A program made the position numbers and the translations under genes. Below, in pieces: positions 50,046-63,700 of a stretch of DNA of 64,000 bases. A model generated the notes under the pieces. The model made no database searches, was not told the origin of the DNA, and saw only the letters and a list, made by a program, of their open reading frames with translations. The DNA is from Carcharhinus longimanus (taxonomy: Eukaryota). The number at the start of each line of letters is the position of its first letter. Within the stretch, counting starts at the first letter, position 1. The stretch is taken from NCBI GenBank assembly GCA_030264375.1, contig JASCQW010000156.1, forward strand, positions 23,974,887 through 24,038,886, read 5' to 3'.

Positions 50046-51979
50046 TTCAAGATCCTTCATAGTTATGTATAGTGGGTTGGTATAAGCGATGAGATGGATT
50101 CTTTTTATAATTGCAAATTTTGCTTCTTGCCTTACACATGTGTACTAAATGAGCCTGTTGACTTTTCAGAATATCATCTAGAATGCTGTTAAGCATACAA
50201 TTCATGTTTACTCTCCTGTTTTCTTGCCTCATTCCTTCAGAAGGCATTGACTGCTTATTAGGGCACAACTCTGTTGATGCTCATGACCCTTGGGTTTCTT
50301 GCCCCAATTTTCATTTGTGTGCTTTGGTGAGTAATAGTGACCCTTTCCATTCTAGGGGGACAGTCTCCACAAATGTGCTCACACAAAGTGCGTACGTATG
50401 TGTGTGTGTGCATGTCCATCTCACCACCTCTCTCTTCCTCAGGTACTAAGTTCAATATATTGAAATCATCTGCCAACTTAACACACATTAGGGATGAAAC
50501 ATGATATTTTTCTGGGACTGTACAATTCAGTTTCTTGTGTAAACCTGCTGAGCTATCAAAGGAGCTGTTTCTAGTTTCTTCCTTCTGTAATTTATGATTG
50601 TACATTTAGCTGGTAATGATTTCCACCTGCTTTGTGCACTGGAAACTTCTAATTAAATCCTTTCCTGGACATAAAATCCCTCTTTGTCTTCAGTTTTGGT
50701 ATTGTACAAGGATGTGGAGAGATTCTTTTGTGTGGCTCATGTGGAGATATTGCTCATCTGCTAAATTTTAGAATTCCTGTAATGTTCTTTTGTAACGTTC
50801 TCCGGACCTGAAGCAGCAAGGTGTTTTACACAATGTTGTCACTCAGAAGGTTAGTGGCTCAAGTGTAAAGTTTTCAAACTGCATCTGCTTGAATTGTGGA
50901 ACACTCCAGGAGGACAATTGTAAATTTTCCCTTTCCAAACTTAAAAAGATCAGTTGAATTATAGGAAAAATAACAACCTGGTATTGATGCCTATCATTGG
51001 TATGTGAGCAGTTCAAGATGATCCGTTAACAAGATCCACTGCTGTATTGCACAACATTAAAGTGTATTGACTGAAGTGTGAATTTACTCCTGCCTCATTT
51101 TCAGAAGTGTACTGTTACCAGTTTCACAGTTCAAATATGTTTTTGGAGGCTTATATTCATGTGGCCATCTCCTCAGAAGTGTGTGTATCGATCAACTGAA
51201 ATTATTTCCAAACTAAGTTGAATTTAAAATTAAATTATAGTAGAAATAATTGAAAGTAAAAATGTCTTCCCAAATGCAAATGATTAATGAATTTGGCAAG
51301 TTTACTTTGGCAGCTGTTGCCAACTGGAGACCTATATGTTGGGAGCTGCCTGCATTATCTTAGCATTAAACCCAGTATAAAAATCTTTTTTTAAACAGTT
51401 TCTGGAATGAGAGATTGAAATTCTCGCACAGGTACAAAATGTTTGAAGTGCATTCTAAACAACTTATTTTTGGGATTTGTTGTGGACATTCTGCTGAAAA
51501 CACTATTTATGGATGCATCTGTAATTCTCCATGTTCTTCAACCAAAATGTAAACTATCACATAAAAGGTTGCATTAATTTTGAGAAAAAATTGCTTTTTT
51601 TTCCTTTTTTTTTGAAATGTTGGTCATAGTTTGCAAATTCACATTGCACATTTNNNNNNNNNNGGAGAGAGGAATAAATGAATAAACACGTGACAATAGA
51701 GAGAAGTACATTAAAAGTTCCAAAATGGGCAAAACTAGACTTTTCAGAGCCTTAGTTTATGGTAGAAAATGCTGTCCACAAAGAAATGCAATCAATGCAA
51801 ATCTTTTAGAGAACTCTTTCAAAGCAGGAGAAAATACTAGAGGGAAGAATTAAATAACCTTTTCCTGACTGTTTGCTTGCATATTCCTGATGTAAACACA
51901 GTCAGCCATGGTTTAGTTGGTAGCGCATGCGCCACTGTTTCTAAAGGCTATTGGTTTAAGTCTCACTTCAGCGTATAAC

Positions 51980-53758
51980 TCATTGGTGGGGAAGATGCTG
52001 GAGTCAATTATTAAGGATGTAATAACTGAGTATTTGAAAGGTGGACACAGGATTGGTCCAAGTCAGCATGGATTCACTAAAGGGAGATCGTGCTTGACAA
52101 ATCTTCTAAATTTTTTGAGAATGTGACCAGTACTGTGGACAAGGGTGAAACAGTGGATGTTGTGTATCTGGACTTTCAGAAGGCCTTTTGACAAGGTCCC
52201 ACGCAAGAGGTTAGTGAGCAAAATTAAAGCTCATGGTATTGCGGGTGATGCATTGATGTGGGCAGAGAACTGGTTGGCAGACAGGAAACAAAGAATAGGA
52301 ATAAATGGGTCCTTTTCAGAATGGCAGGTAGTGACTAGTGAGGTACCACAAGGTTCAGTGCTGGGACCCCAGATATTCACGACATGCGTTAATGGCTGGA
52401 CGAAGGAATTAAAGGCTGAGTGGACAAATACTTGGCAAATGCAGAATAATGTGGATAAATGTGAGGTTACCCACATTGGTAGCAATTCTGGTCACCACAC
52501 TACCAGAAGGTGTGGAGGCTTTGGAGAGGGTGCAGAAAAGATTTATCAGGATGTTGCCTGGTATGGAGGGCATTAACTATGAGGAGAGGTTGGAGAAACT
52601 TGGTNNNNNNNNNNNNNNNNNNNNNNNNNNNNNNNNNNNNNNNNNNNNNNNNNNNNNNNNNNNNNNNNNNNNNNNNNNNNNNNAGTCAGAAGCTTTTTCC
52701 CAGGGTGGAAGAGTCAATTACTAGGGGGCACAGGTTTAAGGTGCGAGGGGCAAGTTTTAAGAGATGTACGAGGCAGATTTTTTACACAGAGAGTGGTGGG
52801 TGCCTGGAACTCGCTGCTGGAGGAGGTAGTGGAAGCAGATATGGTAGTGATTTTTAAGGGGCGTCTTGACAAGTATATGAATGAGATGGGAATAGAGGCA
52901 TATGGTCCCCGGAAGCGTAGGGGCTTTAATGAAGTCAGGCAGCACAGTTGGTGTGGGTTTGGCTGAAAGGCCTGTTCCTGTGCTGTAATTTTCTTTGTTC
53001 TTTGAGACTATTATCTGAATAATGGCAGTTTAGGAAAAGGGGAAGCGCATCATGACCTGGGCCTGATGGTTGCACAGTCACTGAAGGTTGACCCGTAGGT
53101 ACGTAGGCAGTGAGGAAAGCCAGTGGCATGCTGGCCTTTGTAGCAAGAGGATTTGAGTATAGGAATAAGGATGTCTAGTGTAGTTATACAGGACTTTGGT
53201 GAGGCCACACCTTGAATATTGTGTGCGATTTTGGTCCCCTAGTCTGAGAAAGGACATTCCCGCTATTGAGGGAGTCCAGTGAAATTTCACCAGACTGATC
53301 CTGGAATGGCAGGACTGATGTGTGAAGAAAGGCTGGGTCAACTAGGCTTGTATTCCCTGGAATTTGAAAGAATGAGCGAGGATCTCATAGAAACATAAAA
53401 TCCTGATGGGACTGGACAGGCTAGATGCAAGAAGAATGTTCCCAGTGTTGGGGAAGTCCAGAACTGGGGATCATGGTCTAAAAATAAGGGGTAAGCCATT
53501 GAGGACTGAGATGAAGAAGAACTTTCTCATTGAGAGTTGTGAACCTGTGGAATTCTCTACCACAGAAAGCTGTTGGGGCCAGTTTGTTAGACATGTTCAA
53601 GAGGGGACTGGACATGACCCTTACGGCTAAAGGGATCAAGGGGTATGAAGAGAAAATAGGAATGGGATTCTGAAAGTGCGATCACCAATGACTATATTGA
53701 ATGGTGGTGCAGGCTCCAAGAGTTGAATGGCCTACTCCACCTATTTTCTATGTTTCTA
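51980..53758 (+). mobile_element. CR1 LINE RT fragment with a younger CR1 3' end nested at about 52486-53004
   Basis: GKMLESIIKD, SQHGFTKGRSCLTNLL, VPQGSVLGP, LERVQKRFIRMLPG; two separate CR1 tails. Confidence 0.92.
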
Positions 53759-53939
53759 ACTCAAGACTGACATTCCAGTGCAGAACTGAGAGAATGCTGC
53801 TGTGTAGTAAGTGCCATCTCTTGGATTAAATTAAAAACAAGACTTTGTCTGCGCTCTCAGTTAAAAAAAAAATTCCATAGATTCCAACAAGAGCAAGGGA
53901 ATATCCCCAGTGTCCTGGCCAATATTTAATCCCCAGTCA

Positions 53940-54918
53940 CGGAATTGGTGCAGAACAGGAGGCAGCCATTTGATCCATCATGTGTGTCCTGGTTCTCTGA
54001 AGGAGCAATTCATCTAGTTCCACTCCCCTGCCTTTTCCATGCAGTTCTGCACATTCTTCTTTGTCAGATGATCCATTTCCTTCTTGAATGCCTCAGTTGA
54101 ACCTGCCTCCACCACACTCTTTGCATTCTAGATCCTAACCTTGCACTGTGTAAAAAGATTTTTCCCACGTGTTGCTATTGCTTCTTTTGCCAATTATCTT
54201 GAATCTCTGGCCTCTAGTTCTCAGTTCTTCTACCAGTGGGAGCAATCTTTTTTCCCCTATCTACTTTGTCAAGGCTCCTCATGATTTTGAATACCTCGAG
54301 TAAATCTCCTTTCAACCTTCTATTCAATGAAAGCAATCCCCAACTTTTCCCGTCTGTCTATGAAACAGGTGTACCTTATCCCTGGCACCATTCTCGTGAA
54401 TTTTTTTTCTGCACTCTATAATGCTTTCACATCTTTCGTAGGGCTGGACGTAACACTCCAGTTGAGATTGAACCAGTGTTCTAAATGCCATTGATGACAC
54501 TTCCTCGTGTTTATATTCTACACCCTTATAAATAAAGACAATGATGCTGTAAGGTATCTTAACTGCTGCGTCAACCTGTCCTGCCATCTTCAATGATACA
54601 TGCACATATACATCGAGGTCCCTCTTCCCCTGCACCCCCTTTAGAATTGTACTCATTTTATATCATTTGTGTTCTTCCTACCAAAATGAATCACTTAACC
54701 CTTGTCTGCACCAAATTTTGTCTGCTCATTCCACCTGTCTGTGTCTTTTTGAAGTTCTGCACCATCCTTCTCACAGTTCACAGTATTTCCAAGTTTTGTA
54801 TCATTTGCAGATATTAAAAATTATCTTCTGTACAAGAAGATTTACGTCATTCCTAGGTTAGAAAGAGCAGGGTTCTTAACGTTGACTGCTGGGGTGCACC
54901 ACTATAAACCTTCCTCCA
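53940..54918 (-). mobile_element. Old CR1 LINE 3' fragment
   Basis: KRDLDVYVHVSLK, RTLVQSQLEC remnants. Confidence 0.85.
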
Positions 54919-56395
54919 CTCAATCAGATAATCTGGTTATTTTGCTGTTTTTGGGAGCTTGCTTTGTGCATATTGGCTGTAACATTGTCTATGCTACAAG
55001 TGACTTCTTCAGAAGTGCTTGACTGTAAAGCATTTGGGTTTGTCTGTGGTCATGAAGTACACTAAATGAATGTAAATCTTTATAATTAGCAGCCTCCAAA
55101 AATAATCTTTCTCCTTTTAAAAACTCTTTTGTATTATATGCTCATTACTGTAGTGTGAGAGGACTGTTCCATGCTGAGAAATGAACAAATTACAGTACAG
55201 TGTCAGAATTGTACAGTTCCAGGTAAGGCGTAGCATAATTAGTTGTACTGTAAAGCTTCCTCAAGTGTGTGATTAATATTGCCTTTCAATTTGAGCTTTG
55301 GATGCCAGCTCCCAGTATTGATGATAATGGAATCCACTTTCATAGTGACCTGTAAGGATGGTTTTGCAATTCTGTCACCAGCTTATGGAAAATGAATTTA
55401 CATTTTGGAGGGAGCTGACTTCCAAGCCTTCAGACTGCTGGATTTTTAAGTCTAATGGCCATACACTGGCCCAATCGCAGAAGAGCATGACTTATAAATA
55501 ATACACTGGGGTCCACCTTGTGTACCAGCTATGCACAGGATTGCAAGGCCTTTCCATAATCAAGGAAATCTTATATCTAGTAATGTTGAAACTGTGTAAA
55601 CACTCATGGTAGCAACATGACAAGGAACCTTATAGCCAACATTGTTGTCAAATTGAGCTAGATTTAAAAGTAGATCCAAGTGCGTAAGAAAATAAGCAAT
55701 TGAAACAGAAGCAGACCATACCATTTCTTGAACAAATTCCTCCATTCGGTATGATCCTGGATGATCATCTGCCTCAACTCCACTTTCCCTCCTGCTTTCT
55801 ATCCCTTGATTCCCTGAGAGACCAAAAACCCCTCTATCTTGGAAAGAAAAGGCCAGGAGCTCACAAGCTCAGTGTATATGCAGTCCATGCCAAAGACAAT
55901 TTCTTTACTAACCCACGCAGAAAATTTACGCACTTAAGTGTATGCAATGTGTTGATCTTGTACTTAAACTGCATTTATATTGGCCCTGGAGGAGTTATTG
56001 CGTCATGGTCTTCATGCCCAGTGACAATTCCAAATTAACTTTTTCAGACTTGTTGAATTTGGCCGCTATGAAATTCAGTGGCTGAATTTTGAGAATATAA
56101 TATACTTTCAAGTTGCTGCTGGATGTGTGAAACCCTATGCTTAGAAACTAGTGATAGAAACATCCCTGATCAGCACTAGCACCATAAATTAGCAAGATAA
56201 TCTTTGCAGTCTCCTTTCTCTGCAGATCATTTATTTGCAGTTTTATGGTGATGTATTTTAGCAAAATAATTATTGCATGTATATTGTTGCTGTGTAAGGG
56301 GCTAAAATTTTGTGGATGAAAATTAACATAAAAGTTGGAAGTGTCTCAAATATCAATCTGTATATATATGTTATATGTAGCTGGGAAAATATGAC

Positions 56396-56765
56396 AGAGA
56401 AACATAGAAAGTTGGAGCAGGAGTTGGCCTTCAAGCTTTTTCTGCCACTCATTCTGACTGATCATCCAACTCAGTAACCTGTCCCTGTTTTCCCCCACAT
56501 CCTTTGATCCCTTGAGCCCCAAGAGCTATATCTAACTCCTCCTTGAAAACATACAATGTTTTGGCCTTAACTGTTTTCTGTGGCAAAGAATTCCACAGGC
56601 TTACCACACTCTCTGGGTGCACAAATTTCTCCTCATCTCAGTCCTGAATGGTTTATCCCGTATCCTTAGTCTGTGACCCCTGGGTCTGGACTCCCCCGCT
56701 ACTGGAAATGTCCTGCATCCACCTTGTCTAGTCCTGTCAGAATTTTCTAGGTTTCTGTGAGACAC
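56396..56765 (-). mobile_element. CR1 3' end
   Basis: AGAAACATAGAAA tail; matches 9920-10270. Confidence 0.85.
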
Positions 56766-57937
56766 CCATGTGACATGCTTTTTACAGACCAGTAAAACTT
56801 AAAATTGACTTTCAGCAGTTAATACTATGTCTTATACAGTTGCGATGAATTAGAGATGGCTTATGTCATACAACAGTGCTACTTAGATTCCCACACATAT
56901 GTGCAACACAACTTGCATTACCTACTTATTCCCTTGCACCCAGTTATAAGGTACCAATAAATAGACCATCCATTTGTGGCGTGAAAAATCGAGGGTGACT
57001 ACTAAATGTGGGTATAATATGTTTGTATATGCAAAAAGATGATATTTGGTTGTCTTATAAGCTTGATCGATTTATACATGATGATCTACAGTAGTTTTTC
57101 ACGTGATCACATATGTTGAAAATGTTGTCATATATTTTAGTGTTTACTCCAACGTTAGCATCATAGTTTACCACAACTTCAAATCAGCACTCTTAACTTC
57201 CTAGTACGTTTGGAGCTTGAAAGTGAAACTCTCAGTAGCTGGGAGTTCCCAAACTTCAAATCTTTTACCACAACACGCACTTGTTTTCGAAACTCAGTCA
57301 TTTACTTTTGGCTTGTGCACAATATGAGTGAATCTTGTTAAATTTGAGAAAACTGGGTGCCAAAGATTAGAAGTGGATGCTTGTACAAATCTCGTTTTAC
57401 ATGGTCCTTGATCTGCGTTGCATTGAGCAAGACAGTGATCCCTTTCAGCAGAAATAGGGGAAAAAGTGGAAAAGGAACAAAGTGCTCAAATTGCTGCCAG
57501 ATGCCTCTCGTGACAGTGGATGGCAATTGTAGCTTGCGGGAGCATATGCCAAACTGGCAGACAGAAAAGGAAATATGCCCAAGGCTGATGGACTACATGG
57601 TGCAATTCTTGACCTGATCCTGGTGCAGTAGTACAGGTCGTCATATAGTGGCTTCAGTGTCCTAGCATTTATGAAATGAATATTTGTTTCCTGTTAACTA
57701 ACCAGCTACCCTTCCTATAAAGGGAACACTTGGAAGTCAGGACACAGATAGGATTGGATTTGGATGTGATGACCTCTAATATTAGTGATGATGTAGGTGT
57801 TCAAGGGCCGCTGGTCCTTGTCCCTCAGCATTTGTCAGTGCTTTCAGCAAAGAGGAAGATTCTTGAAACTTATAGAATGACGGATGCTCACACGCTAGAA
57901 CCATGTCATTCCATTCATAATGTTTGTGCTTGGTGGA

Positions 57938-58950
57938 GTAGAACATAGAACATTACAGCACAAACAGGCTCTTCGGCCCACAAGTTGCNNNNNNNNNNNN
58001 NNNNNNNNNNNNNNNNNNNNNNNNNNNNNNNNNNNNNNNNNNNNNNNNNNNNNNNNNNNNNNNNNNNNNNNNNNNNNNNNNNNNNNNNNNNNNNNNNNNN
58101 NNNNNNNNNNNNNNNNNNNNNNNNNNNNNNNNNNNNNNNNNNNNNNNNNNNNNNNNNNNNNNNNNNNNNNNNNNNNNNNNNNNNNNNNNNNNNNNNNNNN
58201 NNNNNNNNNNNNNNNNNNNNNNNNNNNNNNNNNNNNNNNNNNNNNNNNNNNNNNNNNNNNNNNNNNNNNNNNNNNNNNNNNNNNNNNNNNNNNNNNNNNN
58301 NNNNNNNNNNNNNNNNNNNNNNNNNNNNNNNNNNNNNNNNNNNNNNNNNNNNNNNNNNNNNNNNNNNNNNNNNNNNNNNNNNNNNNNNNNNNNNNNNNNN
58401 NNNNNNNNNNNNNNNNNNNNNNNNNNNNNNNNNNNNNNNNNNNNNNNNNNNNNNNNNNNNNNNNNNNNNNNNNNNNNNNNNNNNNNNNNNNNNNNNNNNN
58501 NNNNNNNNNNNNNNGCCTTCTTGACCACATCCTCCACCTGCGAGGCCAATTTAAGAGTCCTATGGACCCGGACCCCAAGGTCCTTCTGATCGCCTACACT
58601 GCTAAGAGTCCTACCCTTGATATTATACTCCTTCATCCCATTGGACCTGCCAAGATGGACCACTACACATTTATCCGTGTTAAAGTCCACCTGCCACTTC
58701 TCTGCCCAGTCTTGCATCCTATCTAAGTCTCGCTGCAACTTCTGACATCCCTTTTTTCCCTTTTTGGAACATTGAGCTGCCAGTCCTGTTCCTCCCTTAG
58801 TTATGTTTCAGTAATTGCTGTAATATCTCAGTACCAGGTACCATCCATGCCCTGAGTTCATTGCCTTTCCCATCAGGCCTCTTGCATTGAAATGAATGCA
58901 GTTTAATCTGGACTTCTGTTGCTCTCTGTCTTGCTTTTGCTTGATCTGTC
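57938..58950 (-). mobile_element. Young CR1 3' portion (mostly gap) plus an endonuclease-start fragment
   Basis: MQRDLDRMQDWAEKWQVDFNTDKCVVVHLG; LNCIHFNARGL. Confidence 0.9.
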
Positions 58951-59107
58951 TGGAACTAGGATTACTGACACTAGTACTAGGTACTAGTCTGGTACTAGGA
59001 TAACCGAACACCAATCCCATTGCATCACTCTTTTCCTCATAGTCAATATCTTCCTCTGTTTCAAACATTCATCCAATTTTTCTCTTTTTAAAAAAAGGAA
59101 GTATCGG

Positions 59108-59415
59108 AGGCGCAGTGGTTAGCACAACAGTTTCACAGCACCGGGGACCCTGGGTCAATTCCGGCCTTGGGTCACTGTCTGTGAGGAGTTTGCACTTTCT
59201 CTCTGTGTCTCCATGGGTTTCTTCCAGGTGCTCCGGTTTCCTCCCACAGTCCAAAGATGTAAAGTTAGGTTGATAGGTCATACTAAATTGTCCCTCAGTG
59301 CCAGGAGGATTAGCAGGGTAAATATGTGGGGTTATGGGAATAAGGCCTAGGTGGGATTGTGGTCAGTGCAGACTTGATGGGCCAAATGGCCGCCTTCTGC
59401 GCTTAGGGATTCTAT
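59108..59415 (+). mobile_element. V-domain tRNA SINE, CR1-type tail
   Basis: Head, V core, GGGATTCTATG. Confidence 0.9.
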
Positions 59416-59983
59416 GACCTGTCTCAACCACTTTCTGTGGCAAGGCATTGCATCAACACTTGTTAAAAAAAATTCCTAGCGCACCCTTAAATCAAGACAC
59501 CTTTAAATCAGATTCCCCAACAAGAGGAAATAGTCTTTCACTAATCACNNNNNNNNNNGAAAAATTTACAACACAGAAAAAGCCCATTCAACCCTTGCAT
59601 ACATGCCAGCTGAAAAATACTTAATAAAACCCCACCTACTCTGTCCTCCATAATTGTGATTCTCCATTCCAGATATCTTCAGGCTAAACAATGGCTACAC
59701 AATATCTTTAATGTTCTTTCTACAATAGACCACCAAGAATTGTGCTTGAATTGATGTTTGCTTACATTTGGCATTATTTACTGTTGGACTCTCAATCCCC
59801 ATTGTTGAACCTTAGAATGCTTTATAGGTCTTTGTGATGGCTTACTCGACCTGTGCATCCCATTGAGAGAATTCAGCATGAGTAAATCCAAATTGTTTCT
59901 GCAGCGCAATTATAACGTCAACTGATTATTTGTTATACTTTGCCCATCTCTGCGTCAGCATGCAGACAAAAGTAAGTTACTTT

Positions 59984-60070
59984 GTGAGTCACCTGATGAA
60001 CGAACAGCACTCCGAAAGTTCGTGATTCCAAATAAACCTGTTGGCCTTTCATCTGGTGTTGTGAGACTTA
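59984..60070 (+). mobile_element. Single arm of family 1 element with the best-preserved hammerhead core
   Basis: GAGTCAC-CTGATGA-A...-GAAA-GT-TC-GTGATTC: both core strands intact, 7-bp stem I, stem II disrupted. Confidence 0.8.
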
Positions 60071-62309
60071 TTACATGGGGAGTTATGGAAACTGTTGGAC
60101 TAAATTCTAACTGGATTTCACTGGCTGTAGATCGTTGTTCATCCTCTACATTAATTGCTGACTTCATGTTGATCACTAGTTGGTTTCCTGCAGGTACTGG
60201 GAGTGACTCAGGACGATCAGTTTTATTTCCTTTGTTCTTATAAGTAGCAGCCTGGAATGAAGTTAGGTGGCAAAAATGAGATCCAGATGGTACATGGCAA
60301 GGAAGGGGAATTCATCTGTACCGAGGATTAGACACAGGCTTTTGCCTTTGGGCTGTGTTCAAATTGAGGTGGTACTGATGGTTGAATGTCTCCTTTGTCT
60401 CCTGGGCAGAATGGATGCTACAGGGATTGAGTTGGCTTGATTTAATCTGGTTCCCGGTGAGCTTGGTAACATAGCACAAAATCTCCCCTCACATGGCACC
60501 CTTTTACAATTAGACCACAAACTGGCTAGTTTGGCAAATGGAAACGAAAGGAACAGTTACAGCACTTTGCTAAGATTAGAGCTAAGGCACATTTCTGAGA
60601 CAGAAAAGCAGGAGTCTTACCCTGGATCTAATTGCATTGTACCTGATGTGAGAGTGCTTAATACTGTTACTGTGAGTATCTGAAATGGAGAGGTGTTCTG
60701 TTTTTCGACAGTAACATTCTTAGCATTGATGAGTACAGAATTCACGTATACACACCTTCCTTTGACCTACATCTCAAGTAACCTTGTAGTTACTCAAAAC
60801 ATCAAATTAGCAGGAGCGCTTTTTCTAAGTGTTGGGAATCGGTGTTTTAACCCTGAGCTGGAATGCTGCTCAATCACTATTTTTACTAACAAAATGGCTT
60901 CTCCTGTTTTTCCACAAGGTGCTTCAGATGCTTACCATTCACACATACTGTATGAGTTGTTCTGCAATGTTTTCTGTAGGGAGTAAGTAATTCTGGTTTG
61001 GTGTGCTCGGCCTCTCTCATAAGAGGCGCCCATGCTATAATTAATGTCGCTCACTACCAGCTCTTCTCTATGTGTCCAGACCATTGGAAACCATTATCTG
61101 ACTTATGAGCCTCATTTTTCCCAGAGTTGAGTTTTCTCTCTTACTCCTGCAAAACTGAAATGAATGATGATAACAGTTTTTGTATTTATTTTTAAGAACT
61201 TTTGATATAAGATGAGGATTTTGTTGTTGAATCCGGGAATGGAGAACTTAAGAACATTTATTTCTAACTTTATGCTTATCATGATAACGTTAGGGAACTG
61301 AGCATCTTCCATTTTGGGCATCAGTGTTGTCACTCAGCACTAGATATAGTCAGTTTGACTGCAGTATAAAGCTTGCACAGCTCCTTTCATTTGACACCAC
61401 TCTTGTCTTTAAGTCAAAAGAATGTATTCAAGCCTTATGGGCTTGAGTACATTGCCCCAGATCATCTTGTTTCCGGATCGTTGGAGGCAGGATGTACATT
61501 TGGAGAAGTGTGCCAGAACTGTGCACAAGTCCTAAAGCACAGATCTGCGTGGGGATTGCCCAGGAAGTTTAAACTTCCGATGGGCTGATTCCCTGCTGCC
61601 TGAGATCCTTCACAAATGTTTCTGACCCTGAGCTCAGAGTGCAGTGTCAGACCAGATATGAAGGACTTATCTGGATACTTACGCAGGAAATGTTAGACAG
61701 TTTAATACATGGTCTAACAGCTGTGTAACTGAACTGAGTGCCACACCAACCTGCAGCTGCCTTTTTGCTTCTTGCAGGCTGCGGTCTGGAAATCCAAATG
61801 TTATGTCTGTGTCGTGATGGTGCCATGAAATGTCTGCGACATATTTGCTTTGACCCCCTTTACCGTCCCCCTACCCTTTCCACCATTTTCAGAGATGACA
61901 TGTCGAGGGCAGGCCCTTCTTTACATGACACAAGTTGAATTGAGAGTGTTTTTTTTTTACTGCACCTTGTCTGGATTGGGTTTCACTGAGAGATGATATT
62001 GTTCTGTTAACCAGAGATGGTCTGTAGTTTGGGTAGCAGAGAATAAATATGGGGCAAGATTTGAGAGTAAATAACTTTCAAATTAAATAATTATTGATTG
62101 CATCTGTGTATTTATGTGAGCTACCCATATATAATTCTGTGAAATGTTTTCGTTATGGAACACAAGATGCCTTGCCCAAAGTTTCATGACAATATGTAGC
62201 CTTCGGTAATTTATGCAAACTATGGATATCAAGTCTCCAGGATTTTGCCAACTTGATATTTACATTTCTAAGTATAAAAAGCAAATAGTATTCTGCTGTA
62301 GCCAACAAA

Positions 62310-62410
62310 ATGATATTACTCTATGAACAGTATGCTTTGTCTGTATAGCATGCAGGAAACAATACTTTTCGCTGTATGCCAATACATATGACAACGATAA
62401 ATCAAATCAG
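62310..62410 (+). mobile_element. Rex1/Babar-like LINE tail
   Basis: GAAACAATACTTTTC...GACAACGATAAATCAAATC, matching 7630-7690. Confidence 0.65.
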
Positions 62411-62904
62411 GTTGGAGTAGAGAGAAAATAATTGCTGGTGTAATGAATTGCTTCGTATTTTGGTAATATAGGAAGATGCATGTCTCCTATTGATGGCTGC
62501 TGTTGCTTCTGAGTGAAATCTAGTATTTGACTGATATGACCAGTCATAAAAATGCAGAAGGGAAAATATTGTCTTTTCAAATTGGGCTAATCTGCATTGC
62601 ATTATTGCTTAGTTTCGTTCTGGGTGATTTAATAAAGAGCTAACGTCCAGTACTCCTTGTCCCAGAAGCTAACACCAATAAGTCTGTACTTGTTCCAGCA
62701 TGTTCTTGCCTGTTCAGGGCAGGATGGTGTTTGATTATTTTGATCTCTGCCAATGGAATAAGTAATTGTTAAAGAATATGCTGGATTCATTGCAGGGTTC
62801 ATGAGCTGAAGCAATAATCCTTGGGATGAAAATCTTCCTCCTATACCAACCAGTCTTTTCTTGAAATCCCTATCTAGTTGTCCCAGACACAAGCAGGTGT
62901 GGAT

Positions 62905-63362
62905 GAAAAATGGAAAGGCTTATATTTATATAGTACCTGTAATGATCATTGAATATTCCAAAGCTTCATAAATCTAATGAAGTACTTTCTGAAGAATTGT
63001 CACTCTGTTATAATTTGGAAAACATGGCAGCCAGCTTGTGCACAGTAAATTCTGCAAACAGCAATGTGATGATGACCAGTTCTGGTCACGTTAACTGAGG
63101 AGTAAATATTGGCCAGGCCATCGAGAAGAACTCTTCTACCCTTCTTCAAAATAGTGCTGTGGAATCTTTTATACCTACTCGATAGCGCACAGAGAACCTT
63201 GGTTGAATGTTTCACCTGAAAGAAGGCATCTCTACAATGCGGCACCCCCTCAGTACGCACTGGAGTGTCAGCCTAGATTCTTGTGCTGAAACATGGTGTG
63301 CGACCTGAATTTGCAGCATTTTCACTCAGAAGTGAGAGTGCTACCAACTTGGCCATAACTGA
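62905..63362 (-). mobile_element. Near full-length Deu-domain SINE
   Basis: GTAAATATTGGCCAGG...AGAACTC Deu motif, tRNA-like head near 63360, L2-type tail near 62920. Confidence 0.7.
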
Positions 63363-63429
63363 TGAATAGAAAGACAGAGTAATGAAACATCCCTGAAATT
63401 GCAAATGCAGATCTGTAATGCTATAAAAA

Positions 63430-63700
63430 GAGTACATAAAATAAATAAATTTATGTAGCATCTTTTGTGACCAGCGGGCACCCCAAAGAACTTTGCAGCC
63501 AATGAAGTACTCTTGTAGTCACTGTTGTAATGTTGACAGCACAGTAACTAATTTACATACAACAAACTCTCATAAACTGTAGTATGATAGTGATCAAATG
63601 ATCTGTTTTTGTGATGTTGATTGAGGGATAAGTCTCAGGGATAGCCCTCTTGCTCTTGTTTGAAGTGTGCCATGGATTTTTTTTACATCCATCTGAGAGG
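63430..63700 (-). mobile_element. Deu-domain SINE 3' half
   Basis: GCAGCCAATGAAGTACT...GTAGTCACTGTTGTAATG. Confidence 0.65.

Larger units (their letters stand above)
51902..55083 (+). mobile_element. One Deu-domain SINE in three pieces (51902-51975, 53760-53938, 54920-55083)
   Basis: tRNA-like head, middle GTGTCCTGGCCAATATTTA, and 3' part CAGATAATCTGGTT...GGGAGCTTGC...ATTGGCTG are collinear with 62905-63362 reversed. Confidence 0.65.

Noticed and set aside
50425-50450. Recursive splice site (CTCTCTTCCTCAG|GTACTA; similar at 60192)
   Set aside because: The regenerated donors are weak, and such matches are expected by chance in 50 kb.
57357-57617. 86-aa ORF with CxxC-like motif
   Set aside because: GTG start, no splice signals and no recognisable domain.
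57895-58738. ORFs of 180-270 aa
   Set aside because: Produced by N runs; the real part is CR1 RT.
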